This document shows positions 12,444-25,600 of a DNA stretch of 64,000 bases, one piece after another (the first letter of the stretch is position 1; each line of letters opens with the position of its first letter). The translations under genes and the position numbers were made by a program. Below the pieces are notes generated by a model. That model saw nothing but the letters and a program-made list of their open reading frames with translations, did not search any database and was not told the DNA's origin. This DNA is from Chrysomallon squamiferum (lineage: Eukaryota > Animalia > Mollusca): contig CM022665.1 of NCBI GenBank assembly GCA_012295275.1, positions 29,946,001 to 30,010,000 of the forward strand. The letters run 5' to 3'.

Positions 12444-14336
12444 AAGTTATTATTAAGTATATTCCTGCAATATATTTTTAACATTACATAACAATAAAGA
12501 ATGGGCATTATAAAAAGATGAATGTACATCTTTTAATATAAATAGTCACATTTCATACTTACAGTGTATTTTCAAGCATTCTGATACAGTATAAATAATT
12601 AAATAACTTTTAATTTAATAATGAGAAAACCATTTGACATAACAGAATACAGTATTCGTTTTATAAGTTTTAATTAGCATAGAAAAATTACAAACTGTCT
12701 TGAAACAAATTTTAGATTTATTAGGTGTATTTTTGTTAGCTAATGAATCCAGCCTTAATAGCATACTAAGTACGTCTGCAGTCTTTATCTTTAAGCTTAT
12801 AAGTCACTTGAAAGTCAGTAATAAAAATAACCAGACAAATCTGTTTCTGAAGGACTCCTGTTTCAGTCAAAAATACAAATAAAAACAAAATCATATGATA
12901 TCCATTAGAAATTTTATTTTCCATATTACTCATTTTATTTATTTTTTATTTTGTTTGTTTGTTTTAAATACAAGTATTAATTTTTTTTTTTTTAAAGAGT
13001 ATTATGTGTAATGTCAATATGTTAGAGGATTGCTAACAAGAAAAGAAGGTATGTTATTATTACACCTCTTCAAGTACATGTAAATGTTAAACATAAAACC
13101 TAAAAACTAAATAACCCATTATTGTTATTAATGTTATTGCTACTAATACTATTGTGATTTCAGTATTTACTTCTGTTATAAAAAAAAATAAAAAAAATAA
13201 AAAAATAATTATTATTTCAAGCAATTTTATACATTTTATTTTACTGCTATTTTGTTGTATTGTCTGAGAGATAAATAAAGATCTGTGCTTGTAAGAATCA
13301 GTCAAGAGTTCCAGCGTATACCAGTCTTAATGAGTAATTACAGATGGTAAACAGCAGTACACTGCTAGTACTTAACAACTTTCAGAAACTATAAACTATT
13401 TTTGGTATTTATTCTTCCAGCATCATAAATTCTACATATTTTATAGGCCAGATTTTAATATATATTTTAATGGATTATACAAATATAGAAGAAACTGCCC
13501 TTCTTCTGCATGGTATAAAAATATTAGAATATTATAAAATATGAATAAAAGAGCAATAAAACAAAGTAAAATCTATCTTTATTACATTCCTGTGGTGGCA
13601 AGTATGAAAACATTGTTACATACCATAACTCTTGTTTACCTTTTGAAGTAAAATAGCTGATGTTACTCCATTTTCCAAATCTCTACCATAATTTACAAAA
13701 AAAAAAAAAAAAATAATAATAATAATAATAATAATATATAGAACAACAGAAATTACAAAAAAAAAAAAAAAAAAAATTAATGTGCTGGATTTGCTCACAG
13801 GAAATTTAATCATTTAGTTATAAAATAAAAAGCATATTTTATAAAATATACTTTATGGTTAATTTTAGATGGTATATATAATATACTAAAACAAAATCAG
13901 GGGATATCCATATGTGAGCTTCAATTTTCAGTTAGTATATTTGTTTCTTTAAATCATTGGAGAATGTTTTTTAATTTTTTTATTGTCTTGTTTTGTTAAT
14001 GTTGAAGTATTTTTCAATGGAAAGAACTATGCTATGGACACCACACCATGGTCAAAATAAATTGAACAGTCTCACTCGAATGAGAAGTGAACCTATTACT
14101 TAGTACTATAATATCATAAGTAAAAAAAAATTACTTTACTATACAAGTAATAATTTTTATGTGTATAGTTTTAAAATTAGGCCTTTTCAAAATACATGCT
14201 ACATGCATAATTTGCCCCTGTCCAAAACCACTTAAATTATTTTTCATTTATATCTTTTTTTTTAATTTTCAATTTATTTTTATTATTATTATTATTTTTT
14301 TTTTGTGTGTGTGTGTGCATGGGTGTGTGTGAATGT

Positions 14337-14368
<32 letters not shown>

Positions 14369-14653
14369 CTGTGTGTGTTTATATTTTATTAATTTCCTCA
14401 ACTTTTGAATAAAATTGACAAAACCTTTTTTTTCCCACTTAGAAACCACTAAACTATACTGATAATGTGCATGTGAGGGCATGTCTGCTTGTGTTTATTT
14501 GTTTTCAAAATAAAAATAACTTTTATACATTATCTATATAAATAATATTTTTTGTCTGTTCCTTACAAATTATACACTAATTGATCAAAGTTATAAACTT
14601 TTATTCAGCAAGAAAGATGCTTTTCTAGGATTCTTTTAAATGACTATAATTGT

Positions 14654-14984
14654 GTCAGATACGCTGCACCGACTTTGTGGATCTCATATCCAAGTAATAC
14701 CAAGGTGGCTGAATCAACAACTACATTCAAAACACTACTAAAGACTCATTTCTTTCAAATCCACTTTGTTAATATATAGTTAAGCTTTATTTTTATAATT
14801 TTGAAATGAACAAGCTAGTTAATTGTCTTACACAATTTTGAAATGTGACATTTATTTTTCATCGCCATTATATTTAGATTTATTTTAATATGTTTATGTC
14901 CATGTCTTTTTGTATTTTAGTTTATTAATTTTCATTGGAAAGCAGCCTTGAATTTACTTGGTATGGAAAAGGCACTATATAAAT
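14654..14984 (+). mobile_element. 3'-terminal fragment of an L2/CR1-clade LINE
   Basis: Frame VRYAAPTLWISYPSNTKVAESTTTFKTLLKTHFF resembles the ORF2 C-terminal motif AAPxLWNSLP...FKxxLKTHLF. It is followed by the tail AAAGCAGCCTTGA...GGAAAAGGCACTATATAAAT, typical of L2 3' ends (from recalled consensus, not a search). Confidence 0.7.
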
Positions 14985-15899
14985 ATGGTATATATTAGAA
15001 AAGTACTGACACTCAATCAAATTAATCCTTTTTCCTTTTACCAGTTCAACATAGATTTACTAGATTGCAAACCGTAAGTATTCTAAAATAATAATAACAA
15101 TGATAATAATAAAATTTAAAAAAAAAAATAATGTTAAGTAGTTGTTCATTAAAAAAGCAGTAATAATAGTAATTCCAAAGGAATGTATGTAAGTTTAGCA
15201 ACACCTGTGCAAATTTTAATATTAAAGATTATAAAGTGTCTGTGATAGGTTTAGTAGTATAATGAAAAAGTGGATGTTTTAGTAAACAAACACTAGTACA
15301 AACTTGATAATATTAATTTATTTCCCCAAATTTACACTATATCAGTAACCAAAACTTTTACAATAAGATAAAAAATATTCTCAGTCACAAAACAAGTATG
15401 TAGCAGCTAAATGGTAAAATGAGCCTCATTCATAATTTCACACAAACATGTAAACATCTGTTTCTCTGCCAACAAAAGCCTATAAATAATTATACTATCC
15501 TCTCATAAAAGACAAGTTTCAATTTTGTGTTAAGTCATGTGTGCAAAGTGGAAATCAATGCATCTTTGTTAACTGTCCATGTTATTATAATTGTTAGCCA
15601 ACTAATCAATGAAATTATCAAAGCTGTTTAACTGGTTTCAGTTTTAAAAATAAATAACATTTCATTACATATATTAAAGGTTATTAGGCGTCAGTCCTAG
15701 ATTATTTTTATTTATTAACATTATTCTGTTGTTGTTTTTTTTTTTTTAATATACATAGGAATAGACAGAATTTTTATATTTTTTAATATATATATATATA
15801 AGTTGAACACATAAATTATATCAAAAAATAATACTAATAATAAAAACACTAACGGACAATAGATATTAAAAAGTCTCAATATATTTAGGTAAAAGGAGG

Positions 15900-15904
15900 A
15901 AAAA
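15900..15904 (-). terminator. RNA polymerase III terminator (T5) of tRNA-Asp
   Basis: AAAAA on + (TTTTT on -) about 8 nt past the tRNA 3' end, with a second T4 shortly after. Confidence 0.75.
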
Positions 15905-15911
15905 TTTCATC

Positions 15912-15983
15912 CTCCCCGGCGGGGAATTGAACCCCGGTCTCCCGCGTGACAGGCGGGGATACTAACCACTATACTACCGAGGA
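15912..15983 (-). tRNA. tRNA-Asp (anticodon GTC)
   Basis: Reverse complement TCCTCGGTAGTATAGTGGTTAGTATCCCCGCCTGTCACGCGGGAGACCGGGGTTCAATTCCCCGCCGGGGAG (72 nt). Acceptor, D, anticodon and T stems are intact, A and B boxes are present, an oligo-T follows downstream and a TATA-like stretch lies about 25-35 bp upstream. Confidence 0.98.
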
Positions 15984-16059
15984 CTTCCGATGGATGAGTT
16001 TAATTTGATATATAAAAGCTATCTAACAATGTTATAATGGAACGTGTTCTGAATATTTT

Positions 16060-16225
16060 CTGTTTGGTGTCGCGCCGGCTGACGTCATTTGATTGATCAC
16101 GTGATAAACAGGTAGTTCTCCCAAAACTGAACCAGTAATATGGTGTTAACTATATTGGATACAGACATACAACTATCATCATCTTGCAATCTTCAGCGTG
16201 TGGTTTACCTTCACCGGGTAAGTTT
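16060..16225 (+). promoter_or_regulatory. Putative promoter and non-coding first exon of the SIPA1L-like gene
   Basis: CpG-rich patch with a perfect CRE TGACGTCA (16080-16087), a palindromic E-box ATCACGTGAT (16096-16105) and a strong donor CGG|GTAAGT at 16217/16218. No other gene was found between here and the SIPA1L coding exon. Confidence 0.65.
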
Positions 16226-17746
16226 TTTAAAAATATATTTTTTGTGTAAGCAGTTTTATAACTGAAAAAGAAACAAATGTGCACGTTGCTAGTAAACGAA
16301 CAATGGAGAGAGTTCTAAGACGCGGTCAAGGTGGCAAATTGAGTGGCCAGTGTCACTGCCAAGCATTAAATCTGTATGTCAACACACCATTCTGTTACCG
16401 CAGATCGTTTGCATTAATATATCTTGTAGTCTTTTGTAAGACAATTTAATAGTCGTTTGTGTAACCATTTAACGACTGTCACATTTTTCATTAGTTTGTT
16501 TAATAAAAGTAACTTAAATTTTAACTTGTACAATACTAATTTGAGTATTTAATCTTTTTAATGATGATCTTAGTCATTCATTTACCATCACGTCATTTTA
16601 AACGTCATCACAGAATTTCAATGCAGAATTGTTTTAAAATATTTTGTCCTGGCTTATCTATAGCTTTATAATTATATATATAGAGATAGATATTATCTTT
16701 GTATTCAGTATTGGTCATTCATTGTTGTCAGAATATTTCCTCATTTCCAATAATGAATACATTTAAAACAACGTTCCTTTACATTATTGAAGAAATCTAT
16801 AATAATAAGACAAATATTGGATATAGTTCATCATATACATACTGAAATGTCAGTTCTTAATATATAAACATGTACATACTTGATGGTAGATCATCATTAA
16901 GACTAATGATCTGTTTATTAGTTTGGTACCACGACAATAACAAATTATTCACTGGCATTAGTGGCAGGTCTGAGATAAATATGTTTAAAAAAATAAACAT
17001 TGCTGATTGTTAGATGTTTTGTTAGTCAGTGTGAATATATGTATAGATACTTAAATAATAATAATCTAAACAATACAAAAAGTAGCCTATTTTTCAAAAA
17101 AAAGGAAGTTGAAGAAAAGCTAATTTTCCACTTAATTATATTAAATTCAGTATTAGCTACCTAGATATATTGTCAGCTTATCATAATTTTTATTTAATTT
17201 TTTTAATTTTTAATCTCTCTCTCTCTCTTTAACTCAGAAGCTATAATGGTTTACTGAGAAAAAATTACAGACCCACTGAAAGGTCATACGCTCAATCAGG
17301 TTCTTCTATTTTTTTTAAAACAATTTAAATTTATTTATTTATTATTATTATTTTTTTTTTTTCTCCATATATTAATAATACATCTGACAAATACTGTCCT
17401 GGCTGATGTCTTCTGAAACTGGATTTTGAAAGATATTAAATAACCAATAAAGAAGTGGATAAAATCTTGAATTAAATATATAAGAATTCAGTATCTTTTA
17501 TTAAAATTAGATTTAGAAAGCTTTTTTATAAGCAGATGTGTATTATCTAATTTGCAAACCATTTGGAAATACTAATTACAAATCATTTACAGATATGATT
17601 ACTGCCATTAACTGAGGAGATTAATCAATTATGCACTAGTGCTTTATTCCATGTAACTAGTTCATAGCAATACTGTCACACAAGATATGGACAGTGCAGT
17701 GTAATTAACATTCATGTTTCAGGCAGCTGAGAAGTAAATACTCAGA

Positions 17747-17749
<3 letters not shown>

Positions 17750-17808
<59 letters not shown>
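17750..17808. repeat. (CA)n microsatellite
   Basis: Direct reading. Confidence 0.95.
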
Positions 17809-17809
<1 letters not shown>

Positions 17810-20269
17810 TCACATATATACTCTATATATAGAACTAGTTGTAATATATGTCAACAGGAGTCTATTGGATATACTGATTATAAACCGGTTATAAATACAC
17901 CTTGACATATTTGTAATATAAATTATGTCATGAGGAGTTTGCGTAAATCTTTGTCATTATTGTGACATACACCTGTTTTGGGATTGCTAACATACCATGT
18001 TAAATGTCTCTTCAATTTGATTGAATGTGTTTGTGAAATGGGACTGCCTAAAAACACATTAATATTTTATAGGACTTATTAATGAATATATTATTTCAAG
18101 TTTGTAATGAATATTTTTTATTTGTTCATTATGCTGTAAGTGTATGATTATTTTAAATATTAAAATGTTTGTTGTTTCTATGTGTGTGTTTTTTTGTTAA
18201 TATTCTAAACTGAAAGTGTTGTGATTGTTGTTTTTTTTTTTTTTTTTTTTTTTTAAGGGTAAAGTTGTTTATAGAATTGCTGGGAATTTTTAAGTAATAA
18301 AAGCTAAGGTCCCTTTTGATAAATAATTAGATAATACTAGACACATGCAGCCGTCAGCTGGTCACTGGGGAAACTTAAAACTGCATTGGTTTGTCAAAAG
18401 TAATAGCTTATCCCATCATGAACAGTAAGTGTTAAGGTAAACAATTTGTCTCTTGAGGCCTTCTAACTAATCACTTCTTTAGCCATTGTCCATATTAGGA
18501 TGCTCCTTTTAGGTTAGGAACTCTGTAATATAACTGCAACTATAAGAACTTAAGAAGCCTTTCTTTTCATGAGATAGAACATCCTTGGTCTTGGATTTTA
18601 ATAAAATAAAAATAAATTTTGTATAATCTTCAGTATTCATGATTATTATTAACATTATCTGAAGATAAAAGTAAATCAGGTTGTAGGAAAGAAATAAACA
18701 GAAAACTGCTGCAGGATTACTGAAAGTAAAAATATTAATTTATTATGAGGCATTGAAATATTTTCATACTGAAGATTAATATTCAAATAATAATTAAATT
18801 AAATATATTCACTATAGTTTTGTTTGAAAATATTAAAAGTAATAATTGAGCTAATTATGATTTTTATATTTATTAATGAAATTTTTAGTGAAATTTGATT
18901 TTTCTTTTCAGTTAAATATATACAGTATTGCAAAGGTCAGGTTATTTATACTACACAATATTTTATGTTGGAAAGGAAATGCATTTTTTCCTATGTAGAG
19001 ATCTTTTGCTGATTGCCAGCTTCTAGCATTTATCTTATAATAAATAAAAGGAAAGCCACTTAAGTTTTTATTTTTAAGAATTTTTTTTCACTATAAACAG
19101 TATATTATATCCGGTAGGAATTACCTAAATAACCTCAATTTATGCAGGAAGCACTTTTATTTATTTTCTTTTTGTATGATTAATGTTTAACCACAAATGT
19201 TTTTTTTTTTCATTGAGTTTTAATGAGTTAATATTGCTGAGAAACTATTTAGCACACAGCTGTTGTCCTGATCATGTTGATCGCCATTTGTCTTTCTGAA
19301 ATACACAGTCACAGCTCTTGAGACCTCTATGTCTCAGACATTTCTGTTCTGGACAACTCATTCAAACAGCAATTCCCTTGACGTTCCAGATAGGCTTGTC
19401 TTTCCCTCACATCTGTTCTTCACTGCACAATTAACAGACAGTTTGATTTGATTTCAGATTTATTTATTGCAAAGGGGACACTAAATTAGAACCAGTATTT
19501 GAATGGAATGTTATTAAAACTAGCACAAGAAGTGGTTGATATTATGTATGTAATGTATTTAAATAGAGTAAGACAAATTAATTACATGCAAATAAATTGA
19601 ATTCTGATTTTGTAAATGACATTATTCAGTAGAAGATTTATTACTTTACGTTCTTTGTTATTCTCAGCTTAAGAATTATTAATATATCCCACAAAGAGAA
19701 AACAGAAAGAAATAAACCACAAAAGCTATTGCAGCTAATGTTATTTTACAACAATCTATTTTGACATTTTGTTAATATTGCATTACCATACAAGAATATC
19801 TGACATTTACACTAATAACACATTTTACAATGTTCTAAAATGAACCATATATCAGCTGTGCATTTAATGGTAATATAGCAAAATGACCACCATCTGATAT
19901 GCCAGTTAGGAGCACAAGAGATGTCATTATGCAACCAATGTTGAATGGTCAAACTGGAAATGTTATCTCTCTGAAAAATTAGTGTTGAAATATCAATGCA
20001 TCTTGGATAGAATATATTGTACTTATTAAGATTTTGTTAATGGAAAAATAAATAGGTAGTTACAAATCTATACAAGACTTTCAACAAAAAAAACAGGAAC
20101 AGATTTAGAACATTAATTTTATTATAAACAATCCATGATTCAGCTGCTTTACTGAGCACTATAGAATTATGGCAGACGGGAAAATAAAATGTTATCCAGA
20201 TTAATAAACTTTGTTTCCTCACTATTTTATGCCAAATCTTTGACCATCCATCAACACATACACGTGCGT

Positions 20270-20319
<50 letters not shown>

Positions 20320-22369
20320 AGTGTTATAGATGTGGAATAAATTTAATTTTCTGTGTGTTTCAGTTTTGCTTTCAATACTGTTACATACTGCACTTCCTCT
20401 GAGGCAAGTACTCTTGAACTGGTTCACTGATATGTTGGTAGTCTATCAGACTGTTGCTGACATATTCCAAGAGCTTCCAGCTGTCTTTCTTTAGTATGAA
20501 TGCAATTTCTTGTGAGAGCAGCTGTCTCTATCAGTGATAGGATGATGCATACACTTCACTAAAAATTAAAACACTCCAGTTTATTTCCTTGACACCACAT
20601 TGTAAGGTACTGTATATAAAGTTGTTTTCAATCATTTCAGAATCTATAAGATACTTAATTTTATTCATACATTTCTTACTTATTCTGATGCTGTTTCCTT
20701 AATACTACTACTACTTGGTGTAAATTGTATAAATTTAATATTTATAATACTGAAATTTGTTTGTTTGTAACTGAATTTGTTAACGTAAATGTGAAATATT
20801 TAGTTTACAAATACTATGCTTCTTTTTTCTTTTCTTTTGGTTTCTGTTCTGGTTTTTGGGGTTTTTTTAAACAAAAACATTCTTGCATAACTGAGCCATA
20901 CAAATTGATGTTGCATGTATTTTAATCATATGGTTAAAGTTTGATTTCATCTCTTGCTTGACAACTGGCAAACAGAAGCTTCAAAACTGGTATTTAAGGA
21001 TTATTTACTTTCTGTTATTTGGAAAAAAAATATATACCTTGCATTTCTGTTAACATTTGTATTGCCACAACAATTTTCCTGTAAGCAGGTTGGAAGTAAA
21101 TATAAAATTACTGTGGGTAAAATATCAAAAGCAGAACTGATCATGTGTAAGTGTGCCACTGGTCAAGCCTGTATTATGAAACAGTATGACATAGGTGCAC
21201 AGGTTATCTTGAATTGTGTATTTAGATATCTTTGTTTTTAAAGATCTTCTTATGATGTTTGCTTCCTACTGTGAAGATATCTGGCAGAAGCTGAGATCAC
21301 AGATTTATTCTCTTAGCCCATCCTGCTAAATCCAAATATTTATGGCCACTGGTGTAGGCCATTTCCCTTTGCCATTTGGAAAAATTAAATATTTACTTGA
21401 AACTGTTTAAGAGTTACACAGAAGTTTTGTTTTGTGCTGAAACAGAATTCAGGATTTTGTAAGGTGGTCAAATTTCATTCTTTAATGAAGTAAATGGTCC
21501 AAAAATCTTCAGATATCTTCACAGAAGTATTTGCACAGACAAAATTCTTTATTATTCTTTATAACAGCAACTTGTGAGGTCTCTTTCAATTAAATAAGTG
21601 TGACATTTACGTGCAGCATTAAATAATTGTGGCATATCTTATTTTGGCATTTATAATGGAAGTTGCTTTGCATCTATGTAGTACCACATCTTCTAAATTA
21701 AGGTGTTAGCATTAATCTCCACTGAAAAGACAAATTCTGTTACTTTAAATATATTAGAAAGCATAAAAATGTTTCTTGCAGTTTAATTTATGAACAAATA
21801 ACAAAAATATACATGCACATTTTCTTGATTTTCAAATTTATTTATTTATTTTAAAAATGATTATTTTCATCCTTGTTCTTATAATATAAAATATATATAA
21901 AAAAAAAATTAAGCATACAAGTGAAAAAAAAACTAAGAAAATTGTGTCAAATTAAAACTGCCTGGCTGCCTGCAAATGATTTATCTTTAGTGTTCTTGCC
22001 AACAAACTGGTTAGTGTACCTAGTGGTATGCTTTATGTTAGAAGAGGCAATTAGAACTTTGGATTGTAACATGTTTGTCAGATAGAAGGATATTTTAGGA
22101 ATGTTCTGGTATAGAAGTGACTGTTGTCTAGAATAGTGTTCTTTAATCTTGTCATTGATAACAAATATATTTTTAGATGCCAGAACTATCTAGCAGATTG
22201 TGGTATCTTTATAAACAAGTTTTACTGTTAATTATCTGCATGTAATCAGTGCAAAACAATTTACTAAAATAAACCTGAATACTTAAAATATCATGATGTG
22301 ATTTTAGAATAAAACTTGATAATTTTTATCTGTAATACCAGATAAAACTAAAAGACAGGCGATACAAAG

Positions 22370-22650
22370 AAGAATGCATACCCACCACATTTTTAATCTG
22401 TATCCATTATATGAAAAGTTAAGCAAAAATGGAGATAGGAAACCTGTCTTCATCATGTAAGAGACTATTTGTTTAGATTACCAGGTGATATATATTACGT
22501 TTTGTTTATAATTAAAGACAGGTAAACATAAACAAAATCCGTAGAGTTACGATGCATGTGCTGGAATTGGACATAGCACAATAAGGACAAAAGATAGGAT
22601 TGATCTTACAGCAAATTACATTTGAGGCTAGAGCTTTAACTTAGTTACTG
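22370..22650 (-). mobile_element. Highly decayed SINE-like relic
   Basis: Ordered blocks (ccacattttt...gagataggaaacctg...gactatttgtttagatt...agacagg...gctggaa...ggattgatc) resemble the reverse strand of a tRNA-derived molluscan SINE as I recall it. Not verified. Confidence 0.35.
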
Positions 22651-25600
22651 TTCAACACTAACTAAAAAATAGTATAATTATATATGTGTTGGTGGTGTTG
22701 TTTTTTTAAATTGTTATCAGTCTTTCACTATTCATTAAACTAGCAGACAAAGGAAAACAAGAGAAGCATTAAGCCCTGAGATTTTTCACTAAAAGAAAAC
22801 AGACCACAAGATGACCTTTTGTTAATGCTTGAGACACCACCCTAGATGACACAAGTTCAAAGTAAAGATAGAAAATAACTGCAAATGAGGAATATAAAGA
22901 GCACCTGTTTTAAATGAACCATGTTATGACTGGAATTTGATACCAAAACAAGTGGCTAGAAGCTGTGCTGTGTGCTGTTTCCATGGCAAGCAAAGACACT
23001 TTGCCATTTCACACCAGTCTAATCAACATGTTGATAAAGACAAATAACTCAGAGATGCACAGAATGTAAAACATGTCATTGGTTTTTGTCTTTACAATAG
23101 AAGTAATTATACAGAAGAGATGGCCATATTACAAATATGGATTGATAATTATCTTTATGATCAGAAACAGGTTTAGCTGTTTCCCATTAAAACCATGGGC
23201 CCATGTATTTTTAAGCAAAGGCTTTGGTATGTTCAGAAATCATAATAGTACACCTAAGACCGAAAAATGAATTGAGGATTTGTTAAATGAAGATATTTCA
23301 TTCATTTTCTTTCTCAGTAAAATATTACAAAACTTTAACATTAAAATAAGTATGATAAGTAATTTTTGTGTGAATGCTAATTTGGGAATTAACTTGAAGC
23401 TAATACATTTTAAAACTAATTTCTAACTTACCATTTTCAGCTATAGAACTCTTTCAACTCTCTGTAACATTGTTAAACAAAACAAAACCAAAAAAGCATA
23501 AATTTTCAAAATGATTTAAAACATTATGACTTATGTTATAGGATATATTTATTATTTTGTATTTAATATGTTAAATCATTTTATATTTAATGTAACAGTT
23601 TATTTCTGTTTCATATACATTAAAAATGTGTTGTGTCTTTTTATCCTTGCTGTTTTTGTCAAGATATTATTTATGTTGTAATGTTTCAGTTAACTTGATT
23701 TTGTATTTAATAAAGCATGAATTCATATTATTCCTTTAATTTTTTTTTTTATAAAAATGAACTCTATGTACTAAGTCTTTATTTGTGCAGTTTGCATGTT
23801 ATACAGTTTTTCTCACAGATTTTTGTTTACAAAATTTTCAGTATATACAAAAATCAATCTGAACTATGGTACTTTTCCAAAACCTATTGGTTTGTTAACT
23901 TTTGGTATCTTTGATCAGTAAGAGCTGTTTATTGCACATCAAACTTCACATCAATCTTGTTTTGATTCTGAAAGTGTCAGAATGAATAGATTTCCACATT
24001 TGTGTCTTTGATGTCTTGTGAACACAGGTATGGGTGATAATGTTGATAACACTGACTTTAAATTCCGAGCAAGTTCGTGTTGTGACTTGTATGAATTATT
24101 CAAGCTGTTGCCCATGTGGATTCAGTTTCATGCTGAAAGGAAAAGAAGAGATTTTTGTGTTCTGTAGGTTGGAAAAAGCTATAAAATTGCATCACACTTG
24201 AATATCATTTTGTTTCTAATATGTAATTCTGAAATTAAGGAAACTCTTGCTTGACATCCACAAAAGGAAAATGTTATCATTAAAATGTTTTTAGCATTTT
24301 TTAATTATTGTTTTTTCCTATACTTAGTATCTTTAAATACAACTGAATTAACATCGCTAAAAAAAAATACAAAAAAAGGAGGAAACAAAAAAAACGAAAC
24401 ATCAATACATTTAAAAATTAATTTAAAAAAAAAATACAAACATTTTCTTGCTGTGCATTATATCCTTGTATTCAGGAAATTCAGTTTTAAATCATACAAT
24501 TTAAATTTTCCTGTTTGTTTTGTTCATTTCTTGATAGGGCAAAATTAAAGGCAATGTATAACAACATACCTTTGAGTTTTTGCTAATATATTCACAAGAT
24601 TTGTTCAAATTCTTTTCAGAACCAATAATAGATCATTATTCATCAGTTTAAATGTATTTATTGTAGGTGATTGACCAGCTGACAATTAGTGTTACTTTCA
24701 ATTAAAGTATGAGGAACTTCAGATGGAAGATAGGAAATCCTTGCTTGTTAAAAGATTTCCTGTAGCTCATCACACTGATTGCTGACCAAATGATTCTCTT
24801 TGAAGTCTCTGTTAACTTGGGTTAACCAGTACTTCAAGTACTGATCTATGTTATTATCTTGACCTTTCTTATAATATATCACAGGTCTTAAAGCGTTTCC
24901 ATATTCATCATTTAATAACTATCTGTGAGATAGTGGGTGTCATATGGGCTCATTTAAAATGTCAGATATGAAATGTTTGTGTACTATTTCAGAAAGACCT
25001 TGTTTCAAAAACAATTTCTTTGTATTTGAGTTTATTTCATTAGCAGTGATACTATGCATTACAGAAAGATTTTGCTTCTGTTTTGATTTATTTCATTGAC
25101 TATGATACCTTTACTTCTGAAAGACTTTGTTTCTTTTGAATTTTGTTTTGTTAGCAATTTTGTAAGAATAATAATACTTTTTCATCACAAAATGAATATG
25201 AAAAACTTGGAACTGATTGATCTGTAAAAAGGTTCAAACTCCATCTCTGTTATTTTATATCCACCTTTACTTCATTATGTAAGAACGTTGGCAACTGATA
25301 ATGGGTTCCTGATGCTGAGCTAAACACTTGAGAATGCACACAGATATAGATTCCCAAGGAGTCAGGATGCCATGCTAAGGAAGATTTAATATGTGCAATA
25401 ACAGTGAAAGAAGGAAGTCGGTTACAATATTGCTGAAAAGTGACATATGCAGCTGTGCCATTTTTACATAAGGATGTAATTTTATGTGTTTCCTGTTGGT
25501 CTGACTTTGTTAATAAAAGTTAGAAACTAATGAAATGATAAGGATCATAGACTTCCATTTAATGTACGAAACCTATAAGTTAAAAGGAACCCTGATGATG

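Noticed and set aside
22977-22990. RFX X-box-like GTTTCCATGGCAAG
   Set aside because: A single imperfect match in 64 kb with no supporting context.
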